DNA of 64,000 nucleotides from Lama guanicoe. Lineage: Eukaryota. How positions within the stretch are numbered: the first letter of the stretch is position 1; the number at the start of each line of letters is the position of its first letter. The notes beneath the pieces were generated by a model. That model made no database searches and was not told the origin of the DNA. It was given only the letters and a program-made list of their open reading frames with translations. A program made the position numbers and the translations under genes. Positions 22,403-59,120 of this stretch are shown piece by piece. The DNA lies in NCBI GenBank assembly GCA_013239625.1, contig MU053594.1, positions 1,802,127 through 1,866,126 on the forward strand. Direction: 5' to 3'.

Positions 22403-24272
22403 GCTACTAAAAACAGTATTGCTAGGATATATTTGTCTTAAAGATATTTGTAATGGTCTTAAGTAACTTAAATATCATTTGGGAAAAGTCTGTTTGTTTC
22501 CAATAACATGTGAGAATTCTTGGTTTACTCGTTGAAAGAAAAATTTTGTCTCTAGTCAATTTTTGTTATCAGGAATAAATAAATCCCAGAGTGCGCAAGA
22601 AGTTTTTTATTACCAAGATGGGCCATAGCAGTGAAAGTTTCCTCCAGCAATAAAGATACAGGGCCAATTTGACAATATGCAAACTTTTGCTTTTGTGTAC
22701 CTCTGTGCTCTGGCAGGAGTCCAAGCTACCCAGGCCTACCATTTAATAACAGATATGGACTTGTCTAAGGATTGGATACAACGATGCAGTAACAGTAATT
22801 GGATGTTATTACATGTAAGACACCAAATACATCCAATTCTAATTTAAGTAAAAGGAGGTGACTTTGGGACAAGTGCCTTTCTCCTAAGAAAATGATTTTT
22901 TTTTAAATACCGAAGTGATGTACTTTATAACTCCCATTCATCTAAGTTGTCAGATGGTTGTTCAATACAAAAGCATCAACTTTCCAATTTATACCCCAAG
23001 TAAGCAACATTCATATCAAACCTTAAACATCCCTTAATCTTTTCTAGATACAAAACACCTTCTTTGTATTAGTTTTTAACTCAACATGAGGTACTTAAAT
23101 AAAGTTCTTACTAACTTTAAAACTTTTTAACTTGAGGAACCAATGTGTGTAATAGAAATAAATTGATAGACAATTAAAGACAAATATAATTTTCTTAAAT
23201 CTAACCTGGATTTGAATTTTTCTAGCAATAGGATAATTTATCATCTGAAAATTTTCTAGAACTGTATGAGTTCCTAAAATTAACAAACCTGTTATATTCT
23301 CTTTATCCCTCAAAAAACTTGGAATGCTTTCACCTTTTCTTCTACGAAATCAGTCAAAACGTATTTCCTAGAAATTTCCACACCTAACTGTATAGAACTG
23401 GGTGAATCACAACTCTTAAGACTCATGGCACTTAGGTGTTACTTATGTAAGCAGCCATGCAATTGTGCGCTCATTAATACAATGATGATAAGATCTAACG
23501 TGCTTAATGTTAACATGTTAAACTTATATCCTAGTTATTTTCCATAATACTTTTACTTTATTATAACATCTCCACTTCCCCTTCCCTACAAAAGCAAAAC
23601 TTTGTCCAGGAAGAGCATTAACTAAAAATGAACTGTGGAGTAGTTCAAATTTGAATCTTACCAAGATTTTTCTTCTTCAAAACTAAAAATTATTTGAGGT
23701 GGACATTAATTATCCTTGCTTTAGATACCAGATTTTTCTACAAACGTAGGTTTTAGAGGTCAGTAATCAGTAGTGTTTATCTTCCTATGTATCCTAGAGC
23801 TTGCGCATTGCTCGGTGATGAGTGTTCCTTGCAACACATTCCTGTCCTGTTGTGCTGGTCAGCTCCTCGTGTCCACGATGCCTTGGGATACCTGAACTTC
23901 ACCCCCAAACCTTAGAATGGAGTAAAATAATAGAGCCACACCCCAACAAGAGGTGCTTCTTGTAAATCCTGGAGCCTAAAGCGTTAGATTATATCCTCCT
24001 AAACTCAGTCCTTACATTTTTATCAGTTCTATAAACTCAAAACATATCTTATAAGAGCTTACGTGTACTGAGCTGTTCCTGGTCTTACGTCATCTAATGT
24101 GAAAAATAATTAGCAATAGATCAAAAATATTAGACCAGACAGATTGAAAAATACAGTTTAATTTTTAAATAATCTAATTTGAACCAAAATACTATTTCTA
24201 ACTTTCATAGACTGAATAGACTGAATCCAGATTTAGATTATAGCACAGATTGATTTTAAACTCAGAACAATT

Positions 24273-24296
24273 TTTATTAGAATGCAACTTTTTATT
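24273..24296 (-). terminator. Candidate DLAT distal polyadenylation signals (two AATAAA on the minus strand)
   Basis: tttatt at 24273-24278 and 24291-24296, about 1.7 kb past the DLAT stop. Confidence 0.5.
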
Positions 24297-26000
24297 TTTC
24301 TTTCAAGGGAACAACAGAGCCATAGCATTAGCAAAGAATGAATTATCTTTGAAGTTTCATGTATTTGAACCAGATGTGGCTCATACTGATGATGGTCCCT
24401 TGTGACAAGCTCAGTCCTTCTGCATAATTTTCAGTTCAAGCTAAAATTACTAATTATTGAAAAGTCATATTAATGTATTGAATTGTTTTCATAATAATAC
24501 AGCAAGGAAAATATTTGTGGAATATATGGAGTGTCACTTGTGCACCATGTAATAATAAACATTTAGAAAGATTCAACATTGAAATACCTAAATTTCAGGG
24601 ACTAGCTCCATATATGACATATTACAAGGAAGCTGGGTCAGATTTATTTTAAATAGTCATAAACAATTCCAAATATTTATTAAAACATATCAATTCAATA
24701 GAAAGCCTGGAATTGTGATAATGTTCCTAATTCATTTTTATTATCCTGAATATCACCTTCCCCCACCCCCCCCACTGAAAAAAGGCAAATTGTAACAAAA
24801 TGGAAAAAAACACTTAGGATGATAAGGCAGCAAACAACCTAAATAATTTTCTCCTCTCCAACAGGATCTTAGGGCTTTCTTATTTTACATAAGACAACAC
24901 TGGGGTGGAAAACACCGAACACTTTTTTGTACACATTTAACATTTTTTACTTTATCCAAGTAGAAATGACCGCTTTGTTCTGGTCATCATCTTTTAGCAC
25001 GCCAGCACTCCAAACTGCTCACCAGTGTCTCTCTCCCTCTTCTTTTTGGACAGAACTTGGTGATAAATGGACTTTGGCACATATCTCACTAGGAATCATA
25101 TTTTGCGTATGTACACTTATTCCAGTTATTTGATAAAGTATTTCGAAGTTATCTGAATAATAAATCCTAATAATTAAGTTCATTTGCAAGTAACCACCAG
25201 TTAATTTTGGAGGAAAAATTCTACTTTCATAACTTCACTGTTATATTCTATAAGCATATTCTTTTATTTGGAGGTAATTATAGAATTCTGCTCTCAGAAT
25301 TACACATTTAAATTGTTTAAATAGATAACCACATAAATTCTCATTTATACCAAGTAGCTGGTTCATTTTTATACCTTTGTCTCAAGGGAGGAAAGCAACC
25401 AGTTTTGAATTCACAGAAAAATAAACATAACAGTTGATTGAAGAAAATGTTGACTTTTAAAATTTCACTTATTTTCCATGAAGTTCTCTATGCTTCCCAT
25501 CCATGATAAATCAAGATTTATGTAACAGAAACATTTAAATTAGGTTTAAATTCCAAAACCAAGTTTTAATTTAAACCCTTTCTCCAAGAGAACTCATTTT
25601 CCTGATTTCTTCTCCTTCTCTCAAATCTAAGCAAAACGTCTGAGATAATTAAATTTCAAAACCAAGGTTTGATCAAGGTTACTTTTATGTACCCGTCTCA
25701 CTTGGGAACCTCAATTCTACCTCAGCATTTTCCAGTGGAAGTACTTATCACCAGACGGTTAGGCCACATGTCTCCTGACTAGGAGCTTAAAATCTTGTAT
25801 TTATTAAATGTGCACAATATTTGGGTGTAATCGGCATTTTAAAAAATTCAGTAATGCCCATTACAAATAACTTACCTGGACAGACTCAAAAATAACTAGT
25901 TAACTTTAAAATAAAAAGGACCACCTGTTTAATTATGTATTTATAGCTTGATAAGAATGAACCAGTGTAACCTGGGAGAGTCTAGAAATTCTTGAGTTAC

Positions 26001-48512
<22,512 letters not shown>

Positions 48513-50499
48513 AGCGCCGCGGACCCCACACCCCAAAAACCAACGCCGTCTCCGGAGTGACCTCTCCGAGAGCAGCGCGGCGTTGCCGTCAGCCACGCCG
48601 CGCAGCCGCACATTGTCGTAAAACGGGCTCCAAAGATTCACCCCACCCCCTCCGCGGACCAGAAATGCGTGGGACGCAAGGTCCTCCCGGCGGCGGTGGG
48701 GAAGAGGGTTCCCAGAGCGAGTGGGGGCGGCCACTTTGAAGCCACGAGGGGCAGGGACGTTCCAGCGGAGCCTCCGCAAGCGGATTTTGGGAGAATCAGA
48801 CGTGGAGGGGAGTGGAAGGGGGGGGGGGTCGTGGTGGCGGCATCTCAGGGGAGGACGGGACTTGAGTGCTGTGAAGGGCGCGGCCGAAAGGGAGGGGCGG
48901 AAAAAGGCGGCGATGGCGGGGCTCATAGAGGCGGAGTGCGCTGAGGTGGGCTGAGGGGTTGGCTGGGTTTTGAGGAAAACCTGGGAAGGAAGCCGAGAAC
49001 CAGCTGGGTGCCGAGAGCCTTAGGCCGAGGGGTGGGGTCTAGGCGCTGCTGCGGAGACGGGAGGGAGGGCCTCCCCAAGGGCGTCCGTGCTCTGCTGATG
49101 CGCTCTTAGCCTCTGCAGACCCAGGGGCTACCAGCTTTGAGGCCTTGCCCCGCGCAGGTTGTGTTGGGTTACAGTTTTAATTTTAGGTTTGTAGCCCAAC
49201 GGAAAAGCGAGGCGAACAGGTTTTCCAGCCAAGAGTGAAAGGTGTGAAGGGCAGCCAAGTGGAAGATACATTCCCACATTCAGCAGTACGGTAGCAGAAT
49301 TACCATATTCTCTGTACGAAGGAAAAGGTTTACGAAACAGATTTGCTTTTCTGATTTGCCATGAATTTCCTTCTACCTACATTTGTTAGGTTCACATTTA
49401 CTATAGGTTTATCATCCTATAATTAGGAAATATCTCATTTCTGAGCTGAGGGTGACAGACTAGAAGGAAGCACGTGCTGTATGTATGTCTCTTAAGTCCC
49501 CAGTGTACAGATGGTCCGAAAACACCAAGAACAGAAGTAGGAGGAAAAACCAACATTTGAAAACATGTTCAACTTTGCTAGTAATTAAACATTTGGAAAA
49601 ATAAGACAGCCAGGAAGTAGTATTGCATACCTACTTAAATTGGAAAGTTAAAAAGTCTAAAATCTCAGTAGTAATGAGATTGAAGAGGAAGATGCACTCT
49701 GGGGGCACTGAATATTAGTTATTTTTAGAGATGGCAATATAGTAGGAAATAAGAATCAGGGGGAGAAAAGGCTTACATCTTTCCCCCGAATCCTATTCCA
49801 GTATCCTTACGGTATCCAAAACAAAGTTAAAAAAAAAAAAGTTTCAGTATCTTTATAACAGAAAAAGAATTGAAAAAACAACTATCCAAAAATTAGGAAA
49901 AGATCAAGCAGGCACAGCTGTCTAACAGAATATGCAGGCAATACAATTGAAAAATATAAAATTCCCAGACTAAATGGGAAGGCACATTTGAAATAATACT
50001 GAGTAGAGCAGTTATATTATTGCAATTATGTAAAACTACTTACGAATAACAATTACAAGAAGCAGTGGAAGAATAATTGTGATTAACGAAAGGGTTTATA
50101 CTGTAACTGTAAATTATAAATGTTTTAAAACTTAAATTGGCTAAGATATCTTACTACAGTACTTCCACTGCATTTGAATTTAGCAACTGGATCTCAAATT
50201 AGCCTTTGTATGAGATGATCTTCAGTTTGCTGTTCACTTACTTAGGTAGGTTTGCTTAAACCTTCTTTTGCACTTTTCAGTGTATAGCAAGTTTGCACGT
50301 TGAATATACTTTTGACAGGTGTAGCTAAATCATAGGAAGGCATAGATCACATAGTCCAGGAGTGGTTAAGTTTACCACAGAGGTAGGCTAGGAATACTTA
50401 GGTTTGTCACATCAGTCCTGAGACTAGTAAAATGATGGTATTACTGATACAGAATAGGTTAGATGTAAAGAGGAATTAGTTGGTAACAAAAGATTCTTA

Positions 50500-53400
50500 G
50501 TTAAGCTCTTTACATATTTAATTTTAGCACAGTAAAGGAGTAACCCATTTAAAATGGCTTGTGGTTAATAGCTGAAAATATGTATTGGAAGTCAAGTGAA
50601 AGCACCCAGGGCTAAAGATTCAATATATGCATGAAACATTTAAAGTGATAAATGAAGGCTACTTAAATTTTGGAAGGCAGCTTTCAAATTAATTTGGAAA
50701 TTCTGGTTCTTTTAAATATACATTTCTGAGCATCTCTAGTTAATGTTTCATGCTTTTGCATTGGAGACTATCTTGTCATACAGTTTAGAGTCCTGAATTC
50801 ATATTTGTTTGCACATTTATATATAATGTCAAAGAAGCGCTAAATAAATGAATTTTCTTTGCTAGTAATAACCTATTTTGCACTTACATTAGCAATACCA
50901 ATAGTAGTATCTGTAGCATTAAGTAATCCTTATCTCCAATCCCCAAGTAATGAGTAAACATGCTGCTGGGAGACCACTTGAGGAAATTTACTTTCACTAA
51001 ATGTAAATGGCTTCATTGATTAACATCAGTTGATAAACACAAGTGAAAACGATTAATGGTATTTAGTTTGCAAACTCCATTTTATTCATAGTTTGTTTCT
51101 GGGTTTTTTTTTTTTAATTAGTTCACAAATCTGGTACATACAGGCAATTAAAACTGGTTATCACTTTGATAATCAGAAGCCTCTGGTACAACACAGTCTT
51201 CATGAAAACATATTGTAAAACAGAATACATGGTAATAATCTCTTTGAAAGCAATGGTTGCAAACACCCATGTTTCTAAGAAAATATAACTTTACATATAT
51301 ATTTTAAGCAAGTTATACCTCTTACATAAATTCAGATAATAGAAGGAGTGTGCAATCATAATGTTTATTTTATGGAAAAATGAAAATTATTATAATTATA
51401 CCTAAATGCTTTTACGTAATTGGAGTCCTCTGGAATTGGATGTAGGGCATAAAGATGTTTTCCTTAATTTACAACCATCTGTCAAAAAGAGCTGAAAAGT
51501 TGGTCAGTAAGTAGGGCTGTCATTACCACGTAAGTTTAACCTAAATTCTTTAGGTAGAGATTGTAAAGTTCCAATTCCAGCTACTTTAACTGAGTGCAAA
51601 GTCTTCAGCTTGTAAATGAAGACTTTAAGGAATTGAGCTTTCTACTAACTTAGTATTTATTAGAGGGTCATTTTTTGTAATCTAACGTGGTTTAGAGATT
51701 ATTTCATGAACTCTAAACATTCTAGTTCTTTAGTTTTCGCAGAGAAAGAGAACTTCAGCAGTGGCAGGATGGACTGTCCTACACAAATGCCAGTAGGGGA
51801 CAATACTCTGAATGAGTCAGGAGGCCTCCTATTGTTTAAAATAGGAGACTATTCAAACCAGAACGACTTGATGCGCACTCCTCCTAGAAGGCTCCTCTGT
51901 TTAGAAAGTGGAATGAGGATTACCAACACATATTACACAAACATTACTGGAGTGACATCCTGTTGTGGGTGTGCTTATTTATTACCCGTGGCATGTGAGA
52001 TTAACGAGCTATTAACTCAACTCAAACTTTCTAGGGAGGCACTGAGGCCATGCAGCTCCTTTTCCAAAGGAGATGGAGATAAAAGACAAAGAAGGTAGAG
52101 GACTCTGAAATTTTTGTGATTTAATTTTCTTTGCAAAGTTAAATTCTACATAATGGTAAGAATGCTGGGGAAAAAAAAAACCTGACAAATAAAAACTGAC
52201 TTAAGAGACAGACATTCAAGATAAATTGTATTGAAAATACAGTAACAAATTCTGGCCTGATAACCCCATGCTGTCTTAGAGCAAAACACTGAAATTCATG
52301 CAACAGAGAAACAGGTGACATGAGGACTTTTTCTCCAGACTTCCGGGGGAGGGGCTGGAAACACGGAGGAATACACTGGTTTCTTCTATTTGCTTTCATA
52401 ATGAATTATTCTTGCTTTTAACTGACTTTCACAAATTTTCCCAGGCATTTTTGATGAGAAATCATTCTTCAATCGGAGGAGACCACATGAAAGACATCAG
52501 GTGTCTTCTGAGTTCCTTTTGTCTGCTAGAGGAGCAATCACATAGGTTACGTTAAACTGTCTCCACAGCTAAAATGGCTGGTAGGGTTGGAACATGAGTT
52601 AGTTGTCATTAGTGTACTTGTAATAAAATAAAGCTGGTTCTGAAACCACAAGGGCTGGTAAGAAGAGAAGAGCCTGTATAAAAGCTACTGGGTTCTCTAG
52701 AAAATGGATACCGTATACAGAATGTGAGAATATACAGAGCTCACACTCAAGTTATAAAAATAGACATGGTTCTTGGACAAAAAACAAATGAGTACAAAAG
52801 AATTCTCCAAACATGAACTATTTTAAAAAGACACATCTATATAAAACCATAAAATGTCATCTCAGAACTCCAACAAGTAGTCTGTTGAAATGGTTGAAAA
52901 GGGGAGATGAACTAGAGACAGACAGCTCAAGAACCCACAGCTGATCTGTCTGACTCTTCCGGTTGGCAGTGTACGTTGGTGATCACACGCATGTATCTGA
53001 CTGGTGGATGGTGCGTGGTGAAGGAATGAGAAAACCCAAGATATTAAGTAATCTCTGGAAGTTTAACTCTTCTAGCTTCTACAGTTGACAGTGTTGCACA
53101 TGAGAAAGGATTCTAGGTTTTTGCACCCAGAATCAGCCCTGCCATTCCCAGCTCATGCTCCACGCCCCCATGGTTTCTACTGTGCCCTAAGGGATTAGCC
53201 TAGACTAAACATATAATAGAAATTAACTCTGGCCTTGAAATGAAGGGGGGCAGACCAGGAACTCATGCTTAGTACTCATAAATCACAAATACTGAAACTA
53301 ATGGTCTGTCTCCTTTTGACTGCAAAGGAGACACCATGAGCTAAAGAAAGTCATGAGAGAAAGAAAGTCAAGAAGATGTGGGTAGCAGCACCTTTCCATA

Positions 53401-54224
53401 CCCGCCTGGATCATGAAGGAGACTTTCACTCCTTATTCCTTTCAAACACAAAGTTCATCACTTGGAAGGGAAAAAAAAATGGCTCTAAAGTTAAAGAGTC
53501 CCCAGAGACAACTAGCAGTACATGAAATATGCCCTCTGTGGGCTACAGGACAAGTTGCAGAACCAGTTAAGACACAAGAGGCAGCCCAAGGTCTGTCTTA
53601 ATTATGGTTTCAGCATAGAATAGCACAATGCGGGCAGCCCTTTTTCAATCCAATCAACAGTTCAGCACCATCTGTGTCCAGTCCAAAAAAATTCCTGAAG
53701 AGTTGGCTTTCATCTTTGGTACCACCTTATGAGTTATTCTTGATTTGCAATAGCTGCAAAGAAGCAAAAAAGCTGGTACCTTTGCCTTGTCTGTGAGTAC
53801 AAATGCTGGGACTCTGATTGCTGCAACCATTGAGGCCAATTCAGATAATACTGTGACACACAGGAGTGATGCATCCAGTTCCCAGGTTCCAGGTAATAGC
53901 AGCCATGCCCATCCAGGAGCGGGATGATCCATCCCCATTGGTTAAGGCCTTCGGTTTGTTGTCCTCAGAGTAGAATAAAACACTGTGTTCCCACGGACAA
54001 GGAACTCCAGAAGAACCCATGGTCTACATTTGGACAGGGATTTTAAGTACCACACTTGCCAGGCACAGAAACAGGACTGGCCTGTGGCTCTCACCCTGGA
54101 AGAAACTTCTGTTTTGGCAGCGCAAACTAAAAACTTCTTACTGTGTTCTGGTTTTAGTCCTCTTTCCTGAGTGAAGCAGTCAGGGAGTGCCAGGTTCCAC
54201 AAGCCCCCAGTCTAATACTCAGCA
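50500..54224 (-). other. DIXDC1: Probable long DIXDC1 3' UTR
   Basis: Repeat-poor AT-rich unique sequence after the stop; minus-strand AATAAA at 51081-51086 and ATTAAA at 50517-50522. The true end is uncertain. Confidence 0.6.
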
Positions 54225-54305
54225 TTAATGCTCTCCATGGTCTTCTTCCACCCAGGCTACGATCTTCCCTTCCCAGCCAGGGATGGCATCATCATCGTGG
54301 AAAAC
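54225..54305 (-). CDS. DIXDC1: DIXDC1 last exon (coding part)
   Basis: [29 protein letters not shown]. Confidence 0.95.
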   Translation of the reverse strand, partial: VFHDDDAIPGWEGKIVAWVEEDHGEH

Positions 54306-57071
54306 CTAGAGAAAGGCAAAAAGCCACAGTGAAAAACCTGTAAGATGGGGAGTCTTGATAACTGTAGCTGATAAATACAAGACTTCAAACATAAAGGGTA
54401 AGAGAGTGTAGAGGAAATTCTTGAGTTGAGCCTGTGTCCCTTTGGTTTTGTCCCTAAACTTACAACTGGTAAAAAAAAAAAAAATACAGTTGACCCCTGA
54501 ACAATATGGGAATTAGGGGCACCAGCACCCCCACCCCTGACCCAGTGCAGTCAAAAATCCGCATGTAACTTCACAGTCGGCTCTCCACGTGCATGGTTCC
54601 ACACCCTCAGATTCAAGCAACTGCTGTAATACTGTAGTGCATGTTTATTAAAAAAATCTGCATATAAGTGGATCCATGCAGTTCAAACTCATCCCAGGGT
54701 CAACTCTACATATAATTTATATATTCTTTAGTTCAAATCTATGGAATGGTAAAACCATCCCTCTAATACTGCTTTGCTCATAGAGATTTATAAGAGTTAA
54801 TACATTACTATCCATAGAGCACTTTGGACTTCTAGAAGAAAGCAGTACTATAAGCATTTAAAAAAAAATGAGAAAGGGGAAAATTCTGGCCCCGGGCACT
54901 GTAAAGAAAGGGTTAGAACACAGACCAGTCTTAACATGTGCGTGCAATTCATTCAGTTTGTTTCCTAAGCCACTAATAGAACAGGATTGTGAAAACATTT
55001 CAGTGAGGAAATCTTTACAGAAGAAAATACTGGCTTCTCCAAACCTTTTCATTCTGTAACCACAATGAGAGCACTTGTAACATGTCATGACCCAGAACTC
55101 TCTTCCCCAAAGGAAGTGTTTGGGCAGATGGATTATAAAGAGAAATGTAGGCTAAGAAAATTAGTCAAGGAGTTGAGAGTAAACATAGATGGCTTTAAGA
55201 ATTTCCTCATTTTCATTATCTGAGACACTACCACCACACTATACAGTTTCATATATTCACGCCAATTTATTTCCTTTGCTCCACGTAGGAAGCAGAAAGT
55301 TTTCTCAGGTTTGGCTACAGAGTGAAAAGACACCCCCAACGCCAAGCTTTTGTTCAATGTAGATTCTTCATTTTCCCTAACAAAACTTTTTCCTTCTTAA
55401 AATAAAAATTCTACCCAAGTTTGGACCAAACTTGGATATCCAAAGTGATTAAGCCCATGAACTACAGATGCTATCAACTTCTTGGACCACTCCCTGAAGC
55501 TTCTGGTTCTAGTGGAATCAGACTGGTCTGAGGCTCCAGGAAACTCCTCTGACCTGGTTGGGGAACTCAGGTACTCCTGGATACTAGCCCTTGAGCCGGA
55601 GTCTTTGGGGTTTAGGAACAACAAACAATACTACGCAGACTCCCCGTGGATTCTGTACCTCCTCTTTGACAGTGCCAAACTCGGGATCCAGCGCTTTGAA
55701 GTGATACCGGTGATTTCCTTCCCGGTCGATAGCGGCTTTAAAATCCTTCAGGGTCACCTCCTCCAACCTGTGACAAAAGGAGAGAACACTAAAATAGACT
55801 GTTTATCAGCAGGTTGGAAAGATAACATGTTAGCTTTAAACCCAAGCCCCAGCCAAAGTCTTTGTGGGCAGAAAGAGCGTGGCCTTGTTAGCTCACGGCC
55901 CTTGATAACCCATACAATTCTGGAACCACAGAGGGTAGGGAGCCAGTCACTACCAGGGAGTGAAAATGGCATTACAAACGGGGTAATCTGAGAATTTAAA
56001 ATAGATTTATTGCAGGAGGGTATAGCTCAGTGGTACAGCACTTGTTCAGCATGCATGAGGTCCTGGGTTCAATCCCCAACACCTCCATTAAAATAAATAA
56101 ATACATAAACCAACACAATTACCTCCACCCCTCAAAAAGTTTTTTAAATAAAATAAAATAAAATAGATTTATTACTTCGGCTACAGCCACATCACTTTTT
56201 TTCTGTTTTATTCTGGAAATAATACACAAAGCCTCTAAAATCTAATTTGTTAAACTATATCTCTGAGTTCTCAATTTCCTTCTCTGCAACAATTCCATTT
56301 CTCCAGGCTGGTAGAATTAAATTATCACCATTTTTACTTCAGAAAGCTCCCCTCTAATCCAGACCAAGTAAGCAGGCTCTTCACGAAAAGGAAATCTTAA
56401 CACCTTTTTCAGTAGTTGGTGCTAGAGTTTAAGTAAAGGTGCTAGATCTTTACTTTGAAGCCATTTACCTTAAAAGGAAGTATATTAACTGAGTGTCTGA
56501 AGGTTTGAAGGTTTTTAACATGAATTCGCTATAGGTTAGTTGTAGTCATCAAATAGGAACAAAGATCAGTGAATGCCAGGCTGCAATCCACGGCTTTCTG
56601 CAGGAGCTATTTTTCCTAACTTGAAGCATCTTTGCATATCAGGATTTGAAGCACTATTATTGTGTCTGTATCTAGCATATCATGACTTGTCCCTTGTAAT
56701 GCCAATGGTTGTGCCCTTCTCACTATACTGCTTCTCAAACACCTCTCCACTGGTTAGATGAGCAGTAACTGATGATATTGCCTTTCTGTCCTTTTTTTTT
56801 AATTGAAGTACAGTCAGTTACTATGTGTCAGTTTCTGGTGTACAGCATAATGTCCCAGCCGTGCATATATATATACATATAGTCATTTTCATATTCCTTT
56901 TCATTAAAGGTTATTATAAGATATAGAATATAGTTAAAGGAGAAATAATGATCCCAAAATCTCACCTCTTTGGTATATTGACCATGAAGGGCGTAAGTGA
57001 CCGGTCAGTGAAATAGAGCACTTTCGTGTAGGCGCTGCTGACAGTTGGAGAGCTCTGTGAGTGAGGCAACT
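54225..57071 (-). CDS. DIXDC1: Dixin (DIX domain-containing 1), last three coding exons; the 5' part is outside the window
   Basis: Exons 57071-56966, 55767-55659, 54305-54225 give [97 protein letters not shown], the C-terminal DIX domain. Confidence 0.96.
54487..54706. mobile_element. Tigger2-like MITE (TcMar)
   Basis: TIRs CAGTTGACCC / GGGTCAACT flanked by TA at 54485-54486 and 54707-54708. Confidence 0.85.
55659..55767 (-). CDS. DIXDC1: DIXDC1 penultimate exon
   Basis: [36 protein letters not shown]. Confidence 0.95.
56012..56158 (+). mobile_element. tRNA-derived SINE (Vic-1-like)
   Basis: gagggtatagctcagtggt...ggttcaatcccc; TSD TAAAATAGATTTATT at 55997-56011 and 56159-56173. Confidence 0.92.
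56790..56935 (-). mobile_element. Short L1 3'-end fragment
   Basis: T tract then aattgaagtacagtcagtt...gtttctggtgtacagcat...aagatatagaatatagtt. Confidence 0.75.
56966..57071 (-). CDS. DIXDC1: DIXDC1 third-last exon
   Basis: ccgcag acceptor, [20 protein letters not shown], gtgaga donor. Confidence 0.93.
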
Positions 57072-59120
57072 CTGCGGTCAGAGAGAGACTTTGTGGTCAG
57101 AACACTCCACTTGCTTCCAAACACCCCTAATTTCCAGTTATTTAAAATGTCCCAGGAGAATGAAGCTGCCTGAGGTCACAGCACAGTTTCACACCCCTGC
57201 CAAACACCATGTCCATAGGATGTGACCCACAGGAAGTTACCATTGAGGCCACTAAAACAAGAGGTGCTTCGGACATGGATGCTACACAAAAACCATCATT
57301 TCTCACCCACCCCAGGTAATGCTGGCAGGGGAATAGCAACTGTTTTCACAGGCACTGTTGCTAAGAGTCAAAAGAGGTCAGAAAAGCCCAGCAAGATCTC
57401 AGCTGGGGCAGAATGGACACGTAGCAGGAGCTGCAGGCACTGCCAACACTTAGATTTTGCAGATCAGTGATAGAGGAAGTGCATGCAATTCATGAAAAGA
57501 GAAATGATTAGGAACAAGAACCACAGGAGCAAAGTAACCTTAGAAACTCAGATTCCAAGGGGCCCTATATTTCCAGTCTGAAAGGTACAAGGTTTAACTT
57601 TATCCCTTAGCTACACAGGGTTTATATGTGTTGGTCCCCATGGTTTTTAACTCAGGTTTCTTGATCCACATCTTATCTCTATCCTTTGTATAAGTACTTA
57701 TGGAAAATTTTAATTAATGAGTTACTTGTGATTATGACTTTAATAGAAAAGGAGAAAAGCCTAATTAAAAACTTTTATCGTAAGGACAAAAAAATCAGTA
57801 ATCAAACTTTTATTACAAAATCTCCTGCAATTTCAGCTACACATTTTTTTTAACTTATTCTAGGCACTGATCCCAATCAAACTGGCAGCCACTAGAGAGA
57901 AGTTCTAGGAAGGGGGTTAAAATAAGGGAGTATGAGGGATGAATTAATACAGGGGAGAAAGACAAGGGAACACTCTTCTCTGCACAGCAATCGCAATGAG
58001 TCACTTTTCAGAATTTTTTTCAAAGAATGCCAGTTATTGAAACCTACATGACATGATGCTCTTTTGACTCCAGCACCTAGAACAGGGCTTGGCATACAGT
58101 AGCTTTTTAATAAAATATTCACTATTATCACTAAATTTTATGATTGGTCCTTTCATTCATTCATTCAACTAGTATTTACTGAGCATCTACCATGTGCTAG
58201 ATTTTGAGACTATAAAGTCAACTATATGTGGTCTCTGACCTCAAAGAGTTCACAGTCTAGTATGGATGACAGATATGATAACAAATAATTACAGTACACT
58301 AAAATCAGATTTGTACAAACTGCACAGGAAGATTGAAGATGGAGTAGTTAATTCCACCTGGAAGAGATCAGAAAGGTCCTATAGTTTGAGAATTGTTAAA
58401 CAAAGCAGCTTTAAAAAAAATCATTGGACGTAGAGGTTGGAAAGGGCATTCCAAGAAGGAAGGATACGTAAAGGCATGATAAAGGATCACATATTTATAA
58501 AACTGAAAGTCAACTAGTGAGGCTGGAGCATAATAATACACTGGGAAATAGCAGATGAGCATAATAAAGTAGGCAGGGCCCAGATCACAAAGGACTGCCC
58601 AGCCAAGGCGTTTAGATATTAGTCTTAAGCTCTGGGGAAGACACTAAAAGGGAGTGATACAATCTGACTGGCATTTTAGGTCGATCTAGCAGCAAAATAA
58701 AGTATGGTTTGGATGGGAGAAATTTTGGAAACCAGTAATCCCGTTAAGATGCAATTAAAATAACCTGAAAGATGAGGAAGGAGAAGACACAGCCCTGGAG
58801 CCAGAAGAGGGATGGATTCGAGAGACTTTTAGAAGTTAAAAGTCTTAGTATTTGGAATATAGTTGAACATCCAGGATAAAAGGGAAAAGTGAAAAATAAC
58901 AGATTTATGGTCTGGGAAAGTAGACGCATGGTAGTACCACTACCTAAGATGGGGAACAGAAGTGTTATTCATTTAAAGGGTTTATTGGGTGCCTATAAAT
59001 GTATTGAGGACTAGAGATGCAAAAATAGATACACTCCCCATCCATTAAGGAGCTCAATGTCTAATGGGGTGAAATAACAAAACAGTTACAATAAAATAAG
59101 ATAAAATATGAAAATACTAT

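Noticed and set aside
25108..25115. Pumilio element TGTACATA on the minus strand in the DLAT 3' UTR
   Set aside because: A single 8-mer in AT-rich sequence is not significant without conservation data
51706..52098. 130-aa plus-strand ORF
   Set aside because: Antisense to the presumed DIXDC1 3' UTR, no recognisable homology or promoter; likely chance
55482..55991. 169-aa plus-strand ORF
   Set aside because: Non-ATG start, antisense to a DIXDC1 exon, no recognisable domain
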